Below, piece after piece: positions 1 to 8,915 of a stretch of 28,643 bases of DNA. Below the pieces are notes generated by a model. That model saw only the letters and a program-made list of their open reading frames with translations, ran no database searches and was not told where the DNA came from. This stretch comes from Candidatus Hodarchaeota archaeon (GTDB taxonomy: Archaea > Asgardarchaeota > Heimdallarchaeia > Hodarchaeales > Hodarchaeaceae): the NCBI GenBank assembly GCA_029856365.1, contig JAHQWW010000038.1, positions 1-28,643 of the forward strand, written 5' to 3'. The position numbers were made by a program, and so were the translations under genes. The stretch's first letter is position 1; every line of letters starts with the position of its first letter.

Positions 1-93
1 ATCTATATTGTTATTGGTCTTATTGGTGGAACCGTCGGAGGATTAATTGTATTAATTGGTGGAATTGTCCTTGTGATAGATTATTTCATCTAA
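1..93 (+). CDS. C-terminal end of a membrane protein (partial, runs in from the left edge)
   Basis: Frame 1 is open from base 1: IYIVIGLIGGTVGGLIVLIGGIVLVIDYFI*. It is Gly-rich and hydrophobic, and a T-rich tract follows at 103-116. Confidence 0.7.
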   Translation: MYIVIGLIGGTVGGLIVLIGGIVLVIDYFI

Positions 94-618
94 ATACACC
101 CATTTTTCCTTTTTTTCCCATGTTGTTAATAAAAATCCAGAAATCGATAAACACTCTGGCTTTTTAACTGAAAATCACTGTTGTACTAATTTAATCAGCC
201 TTATGGTCTCATAAAATGTGCAATGAAGTTTTCATAATTTTTAAGCAAAGTCTGCCAGTTATTTAAGGCCAATTATTGAAAAGATAAGACGGATCATTTG
301 GGGGGATGACCAAAATTTATGTAAGATTCACGGAAATCAATAACATTTCAATTTTTACCGCGCAGTACGGGGGTCAGAACTATCTTTTTGATTTATCCTG
401 TTTTCATTATTACTGTACCACACATTCTTTATGTGGACTAATTTCGGAGAAAAGGATAAAGAGAAGGCGTAGTATTTGAATAAAAAGATTAAGACACCGG
501 AACTGATAATGGCTGGAGAAAAAATTAACATAGTTTCCCTCTCTGAACCACTTCACCCGCTGGAACGAAAATATGGAAAAGAACCAAAAATAGATCCTAA
601 AGATCTTTGGCATTGGCA

Positions 619-759
619 CTAGCTAGTGCTAGCTTTGTTTTCGTATGCACACACCTTGCCCTCAAATCTAAGAAATCTCAATAGTTCTCTTAAATCCTCA
701 ACCCGTTTATCTCTTCTTCGTTGGGAGTGAATAAAATTTCTTGGTTCACAATTCGACAT
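619..759 (-). CDS. Putative 46-aa small protein
   Basis: Hand-translated MSNCEPRNFIHSQRRRDKRVEDLRELLRFLRFEGKVCAYENKASTS*. It starts 22 nt after the stop of the co-oriented 782..1294 gene. No family recognised. Confidence 0.3.
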   Translation of the reverse strand: MSNCEPRNFIHSQRRRDKRVEDLRELLRFLRFEGKVCAYENKASTS

Positions 760-781
760 ATATAAGCATCACTTAGGAAAT

Positions 782-1294
782 TTAACTCTCGTGAATTAAC
801 GATTTTTTTGCAGGAATTATGTTGAAGTGGATTCCTTCTTTGATGCCAAATTTATCAATCAGTTCTTTATTCTCACGTTTAAACTTGAATCCCCCCGTGT
901 CTTTACGGAGGTGACCGACATACACTTTCTCCTCTTGACCATTGTTCCTATACCATAAATGGATAAAATTGGCGAATTGTGGTTTTTTCGAGCATACTAT
1001 CTCTAACCTACCCAGTTTTTTTCCTTCCTCTGTTAATTCTAATCCACATTCTATATCTGTTGACATGAAGTCATCAGATCTGGTTTGACCACTTATTCCC
1101 CGCAACCGCTTCTCTTCTTCGTCCAAATATTCATTTGCGAGACGTGTGGCTTCTCTCACTGCATCAACAGTGGCAGAGTCATCTTTGATATCCAATCCGT
1201 ACTCGATCCAAATCTCCTCTGGTTCAAATTGTCGCACTTGGATTTTACGACTCCGAGCAATCCTTTTAGGGAGAACCCTAAATTTATCTTTCAT
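782..1294 (-). CDS. Hypothetical protein, 170 aa
   Basis: Soluble-protein composition. AAGGAGAG SD-like site at 1301-1308 and TTTAAATA TATA-like box near 1334-1341, both on the minus strand. Confidence 0.8.
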   Translation of the reverse strand: MKDKFRVLPKRIARSRKIQVRQFEPEEIWIEYGLDIKDDSATVDAVREATRLANEYLDEEEKRLRGISGQTRSDDFMSTDIECGLELTEEGKKLGRLEIVCSKKPQFANFIHLWYRNNGQEEKVYVGHLRKDTGGFKFKRENKELIDKFGIKEGIHFNIIPAKKSLIHES

Positions 1295-1597
1295 CCTGAA
1301 ACTCTCCTTTGGCTTAGACTAGTGTACTGAGTTTATTTAAAGCTATAGAAGAGAGAGACGAGTAGAAGTAATGTGAGTATGACGGTTCAATTAGAATCAT
1401 AAAATGTTAATATTACGTTAGTCAACGGACACAGGCACAGGATTTACCTCTATCACCCCTATGGTTTCTCTTCTCATTTGGATTGCATATCTCTTTTAAG
1501 AATCCTTTTTTTGAATTTAATTAATTCCTATTAACATTAATTATAGAATGTAAAAACTCCAAATAAAACTGAACTTTTTATCCAAAAAAACGCTTTA

Positions 1598-2866
1598 TCA
1601 GGAATCTAGATTTTCTTTTATATCCGATATTCTCGCGTTTAGACGAATCACTTCATTAGTTAAAATGTTTGAAGTGATGAATGAAGATTCATCCTTTACT
1701 TGTTTCTCCAAAATCGATATTTTCAACTTTATGGCTTCTAAAAGGATTTCAGGTCTTTTCAGATCAAGTCCTTTGATAACGGGATCAATGATATGTAACG
1801 CAAGTTGCAGGTTTCCCTGTGAAAACAGCTTCTTTGCGTGTTCAAAATAGGCTTCTGCACTACTGATCTTAAGGAATTCACGAGCAATGATATCAGATTC
1901 AGCGGGAAAAAGATCAGTAGGATTGCCTTTATCGTACCATCCGTGATACAATCGATAGACCGCATGAATAGCAAATGGGTAACATCCGTAAATTGGTTTG
2001 AGGTATTCATGATCTTTGAACCTATCAGGGTAGATTTCCAACATTTCATTATAGATCTGTTCAAACCATTTCCCCTGATTCATTCTTTTGACTACCTCGT
2101 CATGGACAAAATGCATAGCTTCAGCAGTTATCGATAGGACATCATTAACTTTATCTTTACTTTCGATAAGTGGTCCATGACCAGGCGCTAAATATTCAGC
2201 ATTTTTTGCCAACATTCTTTCCATTGCTAATGCCCAATGCTTAGGATACCTCTGAACCTTATAGGGATTCCCTATATTGGGAAATCCCGATATTATCAGA
2301 TCCCCCGAAAAAATAACCTTTTTTCCTGGAAACCAAAGCCAAAGCGCATCATCAGTCTCCCCTTTGTCATGAAAGAGTTCGAAGGTCCAACCCCCAAGTT
2401 CAAATGAATACTCCTCATGTACAATAATTGTTGGATCTAACGTTTCACGAGCTGACAGCCTGAAACTGCTATCGTTCCCTATTACTGAAGCAAATTGTTG
2501 ACGATTTAACCATCTATGGTACCCCTCAAGCATTCTATACTTTTCCCAACGATTTAAAATATTTTCCTGAGCTATTATCTGGGGCATTTCCCATCCATTC
2601 TTCTTAAGTTCCTCCACAAAGGGAGAAAACCCGAAACAATGATCGAAGTGTCCATGACTATAGATCAGGTACTTAATAGGCCTGTCAGTAAGACTTCTAA
2701 GTTGATCAAACACTAATTGACCAAATTGCTCTTGAGCGATGTCAAAAACGACTAATCCCTCATCTGTCTCAATAACACAACAGTTACCAAAGGCACCGAT
2801 CAAATGACACATATCAGCAAATGAGGTGGTATTTCCAAATCCGAAGAATGATGAAATTGTTTCCAT
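1598..2866 (-). CDS. Alkyl/aryl-sulfatase-like metallo-beta-lactamase fold hydrolase
   Basis: HxHxDH motif (SHGHFDH), GETDD, SGD and PGHG, plus a sulfatase dimerisation-type region (YRLYHGWYDKGNPTDLFP). Confidence 0.9.
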   Translation of the reverse strand: METISSFFGFGNTTSFADMCHLIGAFGNCCVIETDEGLVVFDIAQEQFGQLVFDQLRSLTDRPIKYLIYSHGHFDHCFGFSPFVEELKKNGWEMPQIIAQENILNRWEKYRMLEGYHRWLNRQQFASVIGNDSSFRLSARETLDPTIIVHEEYSFELGGWTFELFHDKGETDDALWLWFPGKKVIFSGDLIISGFPNIGNPYKVQRYPKHWALAMERMLAKNAEYLAPGHGPLIESKDKVNDVLSITAEAMHFVHDEVVKRMNQGKWFEQIYNEMLEIYPDRFKDHEYLKPIYGCYPFAIHAVYRLYHGWYDKGNPTDLFPAESDIIAREFLKISSAEAYFEHAKKLFSQGNLQLALHIIDPVIKGLDLKRPEILLEAIKLKISILEKQVKDESSFITSNILTNEVIRLNARISDIKENLDS

Positions 2867-3248
2867 TTTTTGTTTTCCCCTTTCTCTATTATTTTATTAT
2901 TTTGATAAAATAATTATATCTGAAAATACATTGTCTGGATTTCCATCAGAATTCTTAATTCTACTTTAGTTACAAACATTCAATGAAGATTTTTCAGCCT
3001 AGTAACAATATAGATTCTGCCTGTATTTGAAAGAAGCTTGATAGGATTATGTCTCGGAGACGTTTTAGAATTTCTAGTTGAAGAAACTATCCTGGAAATT
3101 TGGAAGAAATATGTTATAGATTACATAAAGAATACTTCTTCTATCTTTTCTATTTGTTACTCGAGGAAGGGGACAGAAATGAGTTTGATTTCACTCAGAA
3201 AAAATATAATTTCAATAGATTTTATCTCATAAAAATTACCTGTCAAGT

Positions 3249-5348
3249 ATGGTGATCAAAGTGAGTAAGTTAAAGAAAGATTCGCAGATTCGATTACGAT
3301 ACCCTCGTACAGAAAAGAAAACAATGACTGAATACAAGCATGGGGTTCAAATTCAGGACTCTTATCAGTGGTTGGAAGAAACAAGTGATGTTACTGTGGC
3401 TTCGTGGATTGAGGCGCAAAATCGGCTTACGGATGAGGTACTGAATAACGTAAAAAAGAGGGATTCGATTAAGAAGCGGTTAGCACAATTACAGTACCGT
3501 GAAGAAGTCCTTAAAGTCAAGGAGAGCCGAAATGGTTTATTTATTCTCAAAAAACTAGCAAGTGAAGAGCAACCCATATTGTATTTCCAACCTCGGGACA
3601 CACTTGAATCAGAACGAGTGCTAGTAAATGTCAATCAAATTGATCCAGCAGGAACTACATCACTAGATTATTATTACCCAAGTCACGATGGTAAAACACT
3701 TGCATATGGGATGTCCGAGGGAGGATCTGAATGGGCGACCCTATATCTTCTAGATGTTAGCACTGGTGACCATTTAAAAGAGAAGATTAAAAGGGCAAAA
3801 TGGTCCTTAATTCAATGGACAAGGGACGACTCAGCATTTTATTACACACGATTTCCTAAACCAGGAGAAGTTCCACCAGGAGAAGAGGTTTTTGGATCAC
3901 ATATACGGTATCATGAACTAGGGACTAATCCTGAGAATGATCCAATCATTTTCGAAAATCCTGACAATTCTCAAGAATATCCCTTTCCTGTGTTATCACC
4001 TGATGATTCATTCATGATTGTGAGGTCATATCGGTTTACAGCGTCGGATCTGTACATTATAGATTTAACAACAAGTCCTCCTCAAAAAAATCCAATTGTA
4101 ATTGAGAGTCAATGGCTTCTTACTCCTTTTATTGGAAAGACTCGGATATTTATTCTCAGTAACCATGAATCCCCTAATTTCGGGTTGTACAGTGCAGTGA
4201 AAGATAATTTAGAGATGAAATCTTGGGAGACAATATTAAGACCCCAGACAGATATCCTTCAAGACGTTCAAATGGTGTCAGACAAAATCATGGCTCTGTG
4301 GCTCCATGATGTTAAAAGTAGAGTGACACTTCATGAACTAGATGGGACATTGGTATCAGATATTCCTATCCCAAAGATAGGCACTGTGGATCCATTAAGC
4401 ATGGGCGGAGGGATGAGCGGAGGGTTAAATTATATTGATGTCTATTTCAATTATATGTCTTTTTTTCAGGCACCAACCACGTACAAATATACTATTTCCT
4501 CAAACACTCTTACAAAATTCTTTAATCCTGATTTAGATCTAGATTCGTCTCCATACAAAGTTACTGAAGTATGGTATCCCTCGAAGGATGGAACGAAAGT
4601 ACATATGTTTGTCATTCATCCTCAAAAGCTGTCAAAAACAGGGAAAAATCCCACAATTCTACATGGATATGGAGGGTTTAATATCAGTAATACTCCATTC
4701 TTTTCTCCTAACTTTATTCACTGGATAGAACAGGGAGGGGTATTTGCACTGGCAAACATTCGTGGTGGAGGAGAGCATGGCGATGATTGGCATAAAGAAG
4801 GAAACTTAGACAAAAAACAGAATGTCTTTGACGATTTTATAGCTGCTGCAGAATCCCTGATTCGAGAAGGATATTGCTCAACGGAAACATTAGCTATTTG
4901 TGGGGGAAGTAATGGAGGCCTGTTAGTAGGTGCGGTAACAGTTCAACGGCCCGAACTATTCGTAGCAGTCTATTGTGCGGTTCCTCTTCTAGACATGCTG
5001 CATTACCATCACTTTTCAATCGGAAAAACATGGATCCCCGAATATGGAGACCCAGATAAACCCGAAGATTTCCAGTGGTTATCAGCTTATTCGCCCTACC
5101 ATCATGTTAAACTGGACGTGGAATACCCCGCTATCCTGTTTAAAACTGCAGTGAACGATAGCAGGGTAGATCCAAGTCATGCAGTAAAGATGGCAGCTTT
5201 GATGCAGAGTAACACCAACACGACCAACCCTATCTTACTACGGGTTGAATCGGCAGCTGGCCATGGAATAGGACGCTCAATCACAAAAATAATTGAAGAA
5301 GGGACAGAAATGTTGTCATTTTTTTATTGGCGCCTTATACTATCATAA
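3249..5348 (+). CDS. Prolyl oligopeptidase (peptidase S9A)
   Basis: N-terminal DSYQWLE, beta-propeller region, HGYGGF, NIRGGGE; catalytic Ser in GGSNGG, Asp in DSRV and His in AGHG. Confidence 0.96.
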   Translation: MVIKVSKLKKDSQIRLRYPRTEKKTMTEYKHGVQIQDSYQWLEETSDVTVASWIEAQNRLTDEVLNNVKKRDSIKKRLAQLQYREEVLKVKESRNGLFILKKLASEEQPILYFQPRDTLESERVLVNVNQIDPAGTTSLDYYYPSHDGKTLAYGMSEGGSEWATLYLLDVSTGDHLKEKIKRAKWSLIQWTRDDSAFYYTRFPKPGEVPPGEEVFGSHIRYHELGTNPENDPIIFENPDNSQEYPFPVLSPDDSFMIVRSYRFTASDLYIIDLTTSPPQKNPIVIESQWLLTPFIGKTRIFILSNHESPNFGLYSAVKDNLEMKSWETILRPQTDILQDVQMVSDKIMALWLHDVKSRVTLHELDGTLVSDIPIPKIGTVDPLSMGGGMSGGLNYIDVYFNYMSFFQAPTTYKYTISSNTLTKFFNPDLDLDSSPYKVTEVWYPSKDGTKVHMFVIHPQKLSKTGKNPTILHGYGGFNISNTPFFSPNFIHWIEQGGVFALANIRGGGEHGDDWHKEGNLDKKQNVFDDFIAAAESLIREGYCSTETLAICGGSNGGLLVGAVTVQRPELFVAVYCAVPLLDMLHYHHFSIGKTWIPEYGDPDKPEDFQWLSAYSPYHHVKLDVEYPAILFKTAVNDSRVDPSHAVKMAALMQSNTNTTNPILLRVESAAGHGIGRSITKIIEEGTEMLSFFYWRLILS

Positions 5349-5923
5349 GGTAAAGATTCGCTCCATTTCGTGTCTGACACGTAAAAAGAGAAATTTTTGG
5401 AAAAGCTTTTAGTTTTTTTATCACCCATGGGTTCACCCCACGAGCTAGGATTTCTGGGATACCGTTATGGTGAAAAGTAGATCGTCGTACTCCTCCACTA
5501 CCAACAAAGGATTTTCTACCATACTAACCATGAAGCCAACAACATAGACTCCAAGAAGACTGTCAAGTGATTTGACCTCTATTTCATCATCAAATCAAAT
5601 CCTGACTTCCGTGTTGTTGAAACTACTACCATCACCATCAATGAGGTCATTCACTCCGATAAATATAAATTTCCTAGCCATATGGTTCGTCTCTTTTACC
5701 ATCGTCCCATTGGGGGATTTTTCAGGAGGTGCATTTCGTGGTTTTTCAATTCCCCGTTTCTTCACGGTTGGTTTCTCAAAGTACCGACCCGAATTTTTTT
5801 CTTCGAACCATATTCCGTTTGTTTTGGCTTTTCCGCTTTCTTACGAATTCTATCGGGTTCGTTGGCTGTTTCCTCCTCGTTAAAATTCTTCTAAATAAAA
5901 GCAATCACACCTTAAAATCAAAA

Positions 5924-5938
5924 CCAAAGGTTTTTAAA
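5924..5938 (+). promoter_or_regulatory. Candidate BRE-TATA promoter of the actin gene
   Basis: CCAAAGG-TTTTTAAA fits the archaeal BRE+TATA layout. A second TATA-like TTTATAAA lies at 6015-6022. Confidence 0.5.
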
Positions 5939-5971
5939 GCAACGGAAGATGGTGGTACTTGCATAGGCAAA

Positions 5972-6021
5972 TTAAAGGCGTCTCCACCAGTTGAGTGAAA
6001 CGGTGTCTGAGACGTTTATAA
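5972..6021 (+). promoter_or_regulatory. Stem-loop in the putative actin 5' leader
   Basis: AGGCGTCTC (5976-5984) pairs with GAGACGTTT (6009-6017), including two G-U pairs. Inner CACC (5985-5988) pairs with GGTG (6002-6005). Confidence 0.45.
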
Positions 6022-6077
6022 ATGATCAGCCTTAAAGTGATTTTTTTCGACAAAAATTTCGTTGAAGTGAAAAAAAA

Positions 6078-7220
6078 ATGTCTGTAGCAGAAGGAATTAC
6101 TGGAAAACCCCTCGTCATCGATAATGGGACAGGGTTAAGCAAAAATGGTTATGCTGGTGAAGACCAACCCCGCTCAGTGTTCCCCACTCTAATTGGTTAC
6201 CCGAAATATCAGTCTATTATGTCTGATGTGGACCATTATGTTCGGGAATACTACGTGGGCGAAGAAGCCATGAATTTACGTGGAGTACTCAAGCTAATCT
6301 ACCCGATTCTCCATGGGATTGTAACAGATTGGGATGCCATGGAAAAAATCTGGCATTACACTTTCCATAATGATCTTCGTGTCAATCCGAGTGAACACCC
6401 TATTTTGTTGACCGAAGCTCCTTTGAATCCTGGGTCAAATCGTGAGAAGATGGCTGAAATTTTGTTTGAGACCTTTAATGTCCCGGCCATGTATGTTTCT
6501 ATGCAAGCAGTGTTGTCACTGTATGCTTCTGGTCGTACCACTGGGTTAGTTATTGACGCGGGTGATGGTGTTATTCACATCGTTCCGATTTACGAAGGAT
6601 TCGCGATCTCCCATGCGATTAGCCGTATCGACATCGCTGGGCGAGATATTACTGAGTATCTCCGACGATTACTTCGAACCCGTGGCCGAGCACTTACCTC
6701 CTCTGCCGAGAAGGAAATTGTCCGTGATATTAAAGAACGACTGTGTTATGTCGCTCTCGATCCTGAGAAAGAATTGAAGCTTGCCGAAAAAGTTTCTGGT
6801 ATGGAGAAGCAATATACTCTCCCTGATGGTGAAACTCTTACTATTGGTCCTGAACGGTTCTTAGCCCCTGAAGCATTCTTCAACCCGAGCGCCCTCGGAA
6901 AAGAAGAAACGCCTCTTGACGAAGCCATTTACAATGCTGTCCAACTGTGCGATATCGACCTACGAAAAGAGCTCTATCAGAACATTGTTCTTTCTGGTGG
7001 CTCAACCATGTTCCCAGGTTTGAAAGAGCGCCTTCACAAAGAGTTGACTGAACTTGTTCCTGAGAACGTTGAGATCCGTATTGTCGCTCCTCCCGAACGT
7101 CGTTATTCTGTCTGGATTGGTGGTTCTATTCTCTCCTCTTTAAAAACCTTTCAGAGACTATGGGTTTCCCGCAAGGAATATCAAGAACAAGGACCTGGCG
7201 TTATCAAACGAGCTATCTAA
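6078..7220 (+). CDS. Actin (Asgard lokiactin type, eukaryote-like)
   Basis: Co-linear with eukaryotic actin over the full length: [83 protein letters not shown]. Confidence 0.99.
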   Translation: MSVAEGITGKPLVIDNGTGLSKNGYAGEDQPRSVFPTLIGYPKYQSIMSDVDHYVREYYVGEEAMNLRGVLKLIYPILHGIVTDWDAMEKIWHYTFHNDLRVNPSEHPILLTEAPLNPGSNREKMAEILFETFNVPAMYVSMQAVLSLYASGRTTGLVIDAGDGVIHIVPIYEGFAISHAISRIDIAGRDITEYLRRLLRTRGRALTSSAEKEIVRDIKERLCYVALDPEKELKLAEKVSGMEKQYTLPDGETLTIGPERFLAPEAFFNPSALGKEETPLDEAIYNAVQLCDIDLRKELYQNIVLSGGSTMFPGLKERLHKELTELVPENVEIRIVAPPERRYSVWIGGSILSSLKTFQRLWVSRKEYQEQGPGVIKRAI

Positions 7221-7222
7221 GT

Positions 7223-7323
7223 TCCTCCCTCTGTGAAGGGACAAAAAAAATTGCAATAATTAAGTCATAAAAAACTGCAAAAGACCAAAAAAACTGCAAT
7301 TTTCGCTGATCCCTCCTCCCTCT
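7223..7323 (+). repeat. Three A6-8-YTGCAA direct repeats bracketed by a 10-bp direct repeat, downstream of actin
   Basis: AAAAAAYTGCAA copies end at 7256, 7280 and 7299. TCCTCCCTCT occurs at 7223-7232 and 7314-7323. Confidence 0.75.
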
Positions 7324-7370
7324 TTTTTCTTTTTCTATTTTTAGTTTCTTTTATTTTCTGTTCATACTTT
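7321..7370 (+). terminator. Oligo-T archaeal terminator tract for actin
   Basis: Multiple T4-T6 runs (TCTTTTTTCTTTTTCTATTTTTAGTTTCTTTTATTTT) about 100 nt after the stop codon. Confidence 0.6.
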
Positions 7371-7942
7371 TTACAGAACTGTATGTTTTTCGAAATAATA
7401 GATGGTGAAATTCGTTAATGAAACACAATACCGAAGTTGGTAAGAGAAGTAAGCGGCAAGTCTAAGGACTCGAATACTCGAAATTTTTTTTATTTCCCTA
7501 TACGCATTAGTTTTTTTGTATGCAACAAGTATCCCCTTCTTCATCAGATCTTCAACAATAAACCATAAAGTGATGTTGAGGGTGTCGGATATGGTGATAT
7601 ATTCCCACTTGAGTGATTTTTTCACCTTATTGCTTCGCTTGAACAAATTGGATGAGTACCACAAAGAATAGGACACAACCGACGAAAAAGATGAATACCT
7701 CAATAATAACGAGAGGTAATGCCTCATTTGGGTACATTAAATAGTATACGTTTAACCAGGAGAGAAATATATACCAAAAGGAGAACTTAAAACCACACCT
7801 GAAAAATACAAAATTAGAATGAAGAATACCATAGGGTATAGAATTCCGAGAATAATCGGGAGAGAAATATATATTAGAACTATTATTTGGAATATTCTTA
7901 GAAGGAGTAACTGAATAATTGTTGTATTTTTCGTGGTTTCAT
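7371..7942 (-). pseudogene. Disrupted isoprenylcysteine carboxyl methyltransferase / PEMT-family membrane methyltransferase
   Basis: Hydrophobic helices are spread over different frames. One frame reads ...VGCVLFFVVLIQFVQAKQ*GEKITQVGIYHHIRHPQH, matching the family GxYxxxRHPxY motif, with an in-frame TAA at 7627-7629. ATG at 7942 has an upstream GAGAGGA. The 3' limit is uncertain. Confidence 0.7.
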
Positions 7943-8023
7943 TATCCTCTCTCCACTTGAAAAAGAAAAGAGAGTGATTATACCCTCAATCTTTGAACAT
8001 TCAACTCATCAAATAAAATCTTT

Positions 8024-8842
8024 TTATGGCTGGGTAAAATCGCTGATCGTTTGTTGGTACATGACCACTATCTCGTCTGATAGCTCCTGTTCTAGGATAA
8101 AATTCATTCTATCCAGCGCTCGTTGAATCCGTTCATTGTCTCCCGCTTCCAATACTCGATCCAACAGAATCATTAGTGTTCGAACACGAGTCTGTATTAA
8201 TTTCTGTTCATCTTCCTCCAAGGATGACACTAAATAAGAATCTAAATATTTTGTAAGATGTTCACGAATTTTTTCTCCTTGATCAATGATTTTTAGCTTC
8301 CGTTGTAGAATGAGGTCAGTTTCATGGGCTATTTCTTTCATCAATGCCTTTTTATGAGGAATTGGTTCTCCATGATAGTACTCAAAATATTTACTAAAAA
8401 CTGCTTGGATCTGCCTCAGGTCTATCCATGCCATCTCCATGATAACTTGGGGTAATAGAATTGATACCAAATTAATACTGAACCCACCACGATTTGTTTC
8501 CGACGTTTCATAAAGAACTGTGCAAACTGAAAATAATTCATGTTCTGGAAAAGGAATGGTCGCAGGCATCTTTGAATAAGAAATATGATTTGGCCGACTG
8601 GAAAAGACCGACATCCCTCTTAGGGAAACACCAAACAATAATTTATCCGATAAAGTTTTTGGAGTCCATTCAACTGGCATACCTCCCCTGATGTCATCAA
8701 ATGTTGTCCACACCACTCCTACGAGTATTTTGTACGGTTTTATACTATTATTTTGGGGTTTATTGAGAATCATTGCAATTCTAGCCTGGAGATTACTCAT
8801 TGACAATTTTGTGTCATTTTTAATTACGTTAACGTTAATCAA
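8024..8842 (-). CDS. Hypothetical protein with a probable longin/uDENN (folliculin/NPR2-like) N-terminal domain and a helical C-terminus
   Basis: Beta-strand followed by FDDIRGGMP (cf. FD..xGP of uDENN/longin domains), and NRGGFSINLVSIL (cf. the RG hairpin of folliculin-like domains). The fold call is by eye and the start codon is uncertain. Confidence 0.6.
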   Translation of the reverse strand: MINVNVIKNDTKLSMSNLQARIAMILNKPQNNSIKPYKILVGVVWTTFDDIRGGMPVEWTPKTLSDKLLFGVSLRGMSVFSSRPNHISYSKMPATIPFPEHELFSVCTVLYETSETNRGGFSINLVSILLPQVIMEMAWIDLRQIQAVFSKYFEYYHGEPIPHKKALMKEIAHETDLILQRKLKIIDQGEKIREHLTKYLDSYLVSSLEEDEQKLIQTRVRTLMILLDRVLEAGDNERIQRALDRMNFILEQELSDEIVVMYQQTISDFTQP

Positions 8843-8915
8843 TTAAAAATTTTGCTGAGTTAAATTTCCTATAGAAAAACACTTTCTTCTGATTTATTAT
8901 TCCCATTAATGGATG

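Noticed and set aside
3038-3232. 64-aa ORF before the prolyl oligopeptidase
   Set aside because: TTG start, no motif, and it lies in the divergent promoter region; unsupported.
5720-5785. Minus-strand peptide FEKPTVKKRGIEKPRNAPP resembles the thymosin-beta/WH2 actin-binding motif, next to actin and prolyl oligopeptidase
   Set aside because: No standard start codon precedes it in frame after the stop at 5841-5843, the LKKT core is poorly matched, and such a short Lys-rich match can arise by chance.
5572-5998. Three overlapping plus-strand ORFs upstream of actin
   Set aside because: They overlap each other, have Phe/Ser-rich composition from T-rich DNA, lack SD sites or motifs, and one runs through the predicted promoter.
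6078-7220. Eukaryotic contamination as the source of the actin
   Set aside because: The gene is intronless with archaeal-type promoter and terminator signals, has a divergent D-loop and termini, and sits among archaeal-type genes.
7243-7299. Possible mini-CRISPR array
   Set aside because: Repeats of about 12 bp with spacers of about 6-12 bp are far too short, and no cas genes are present.
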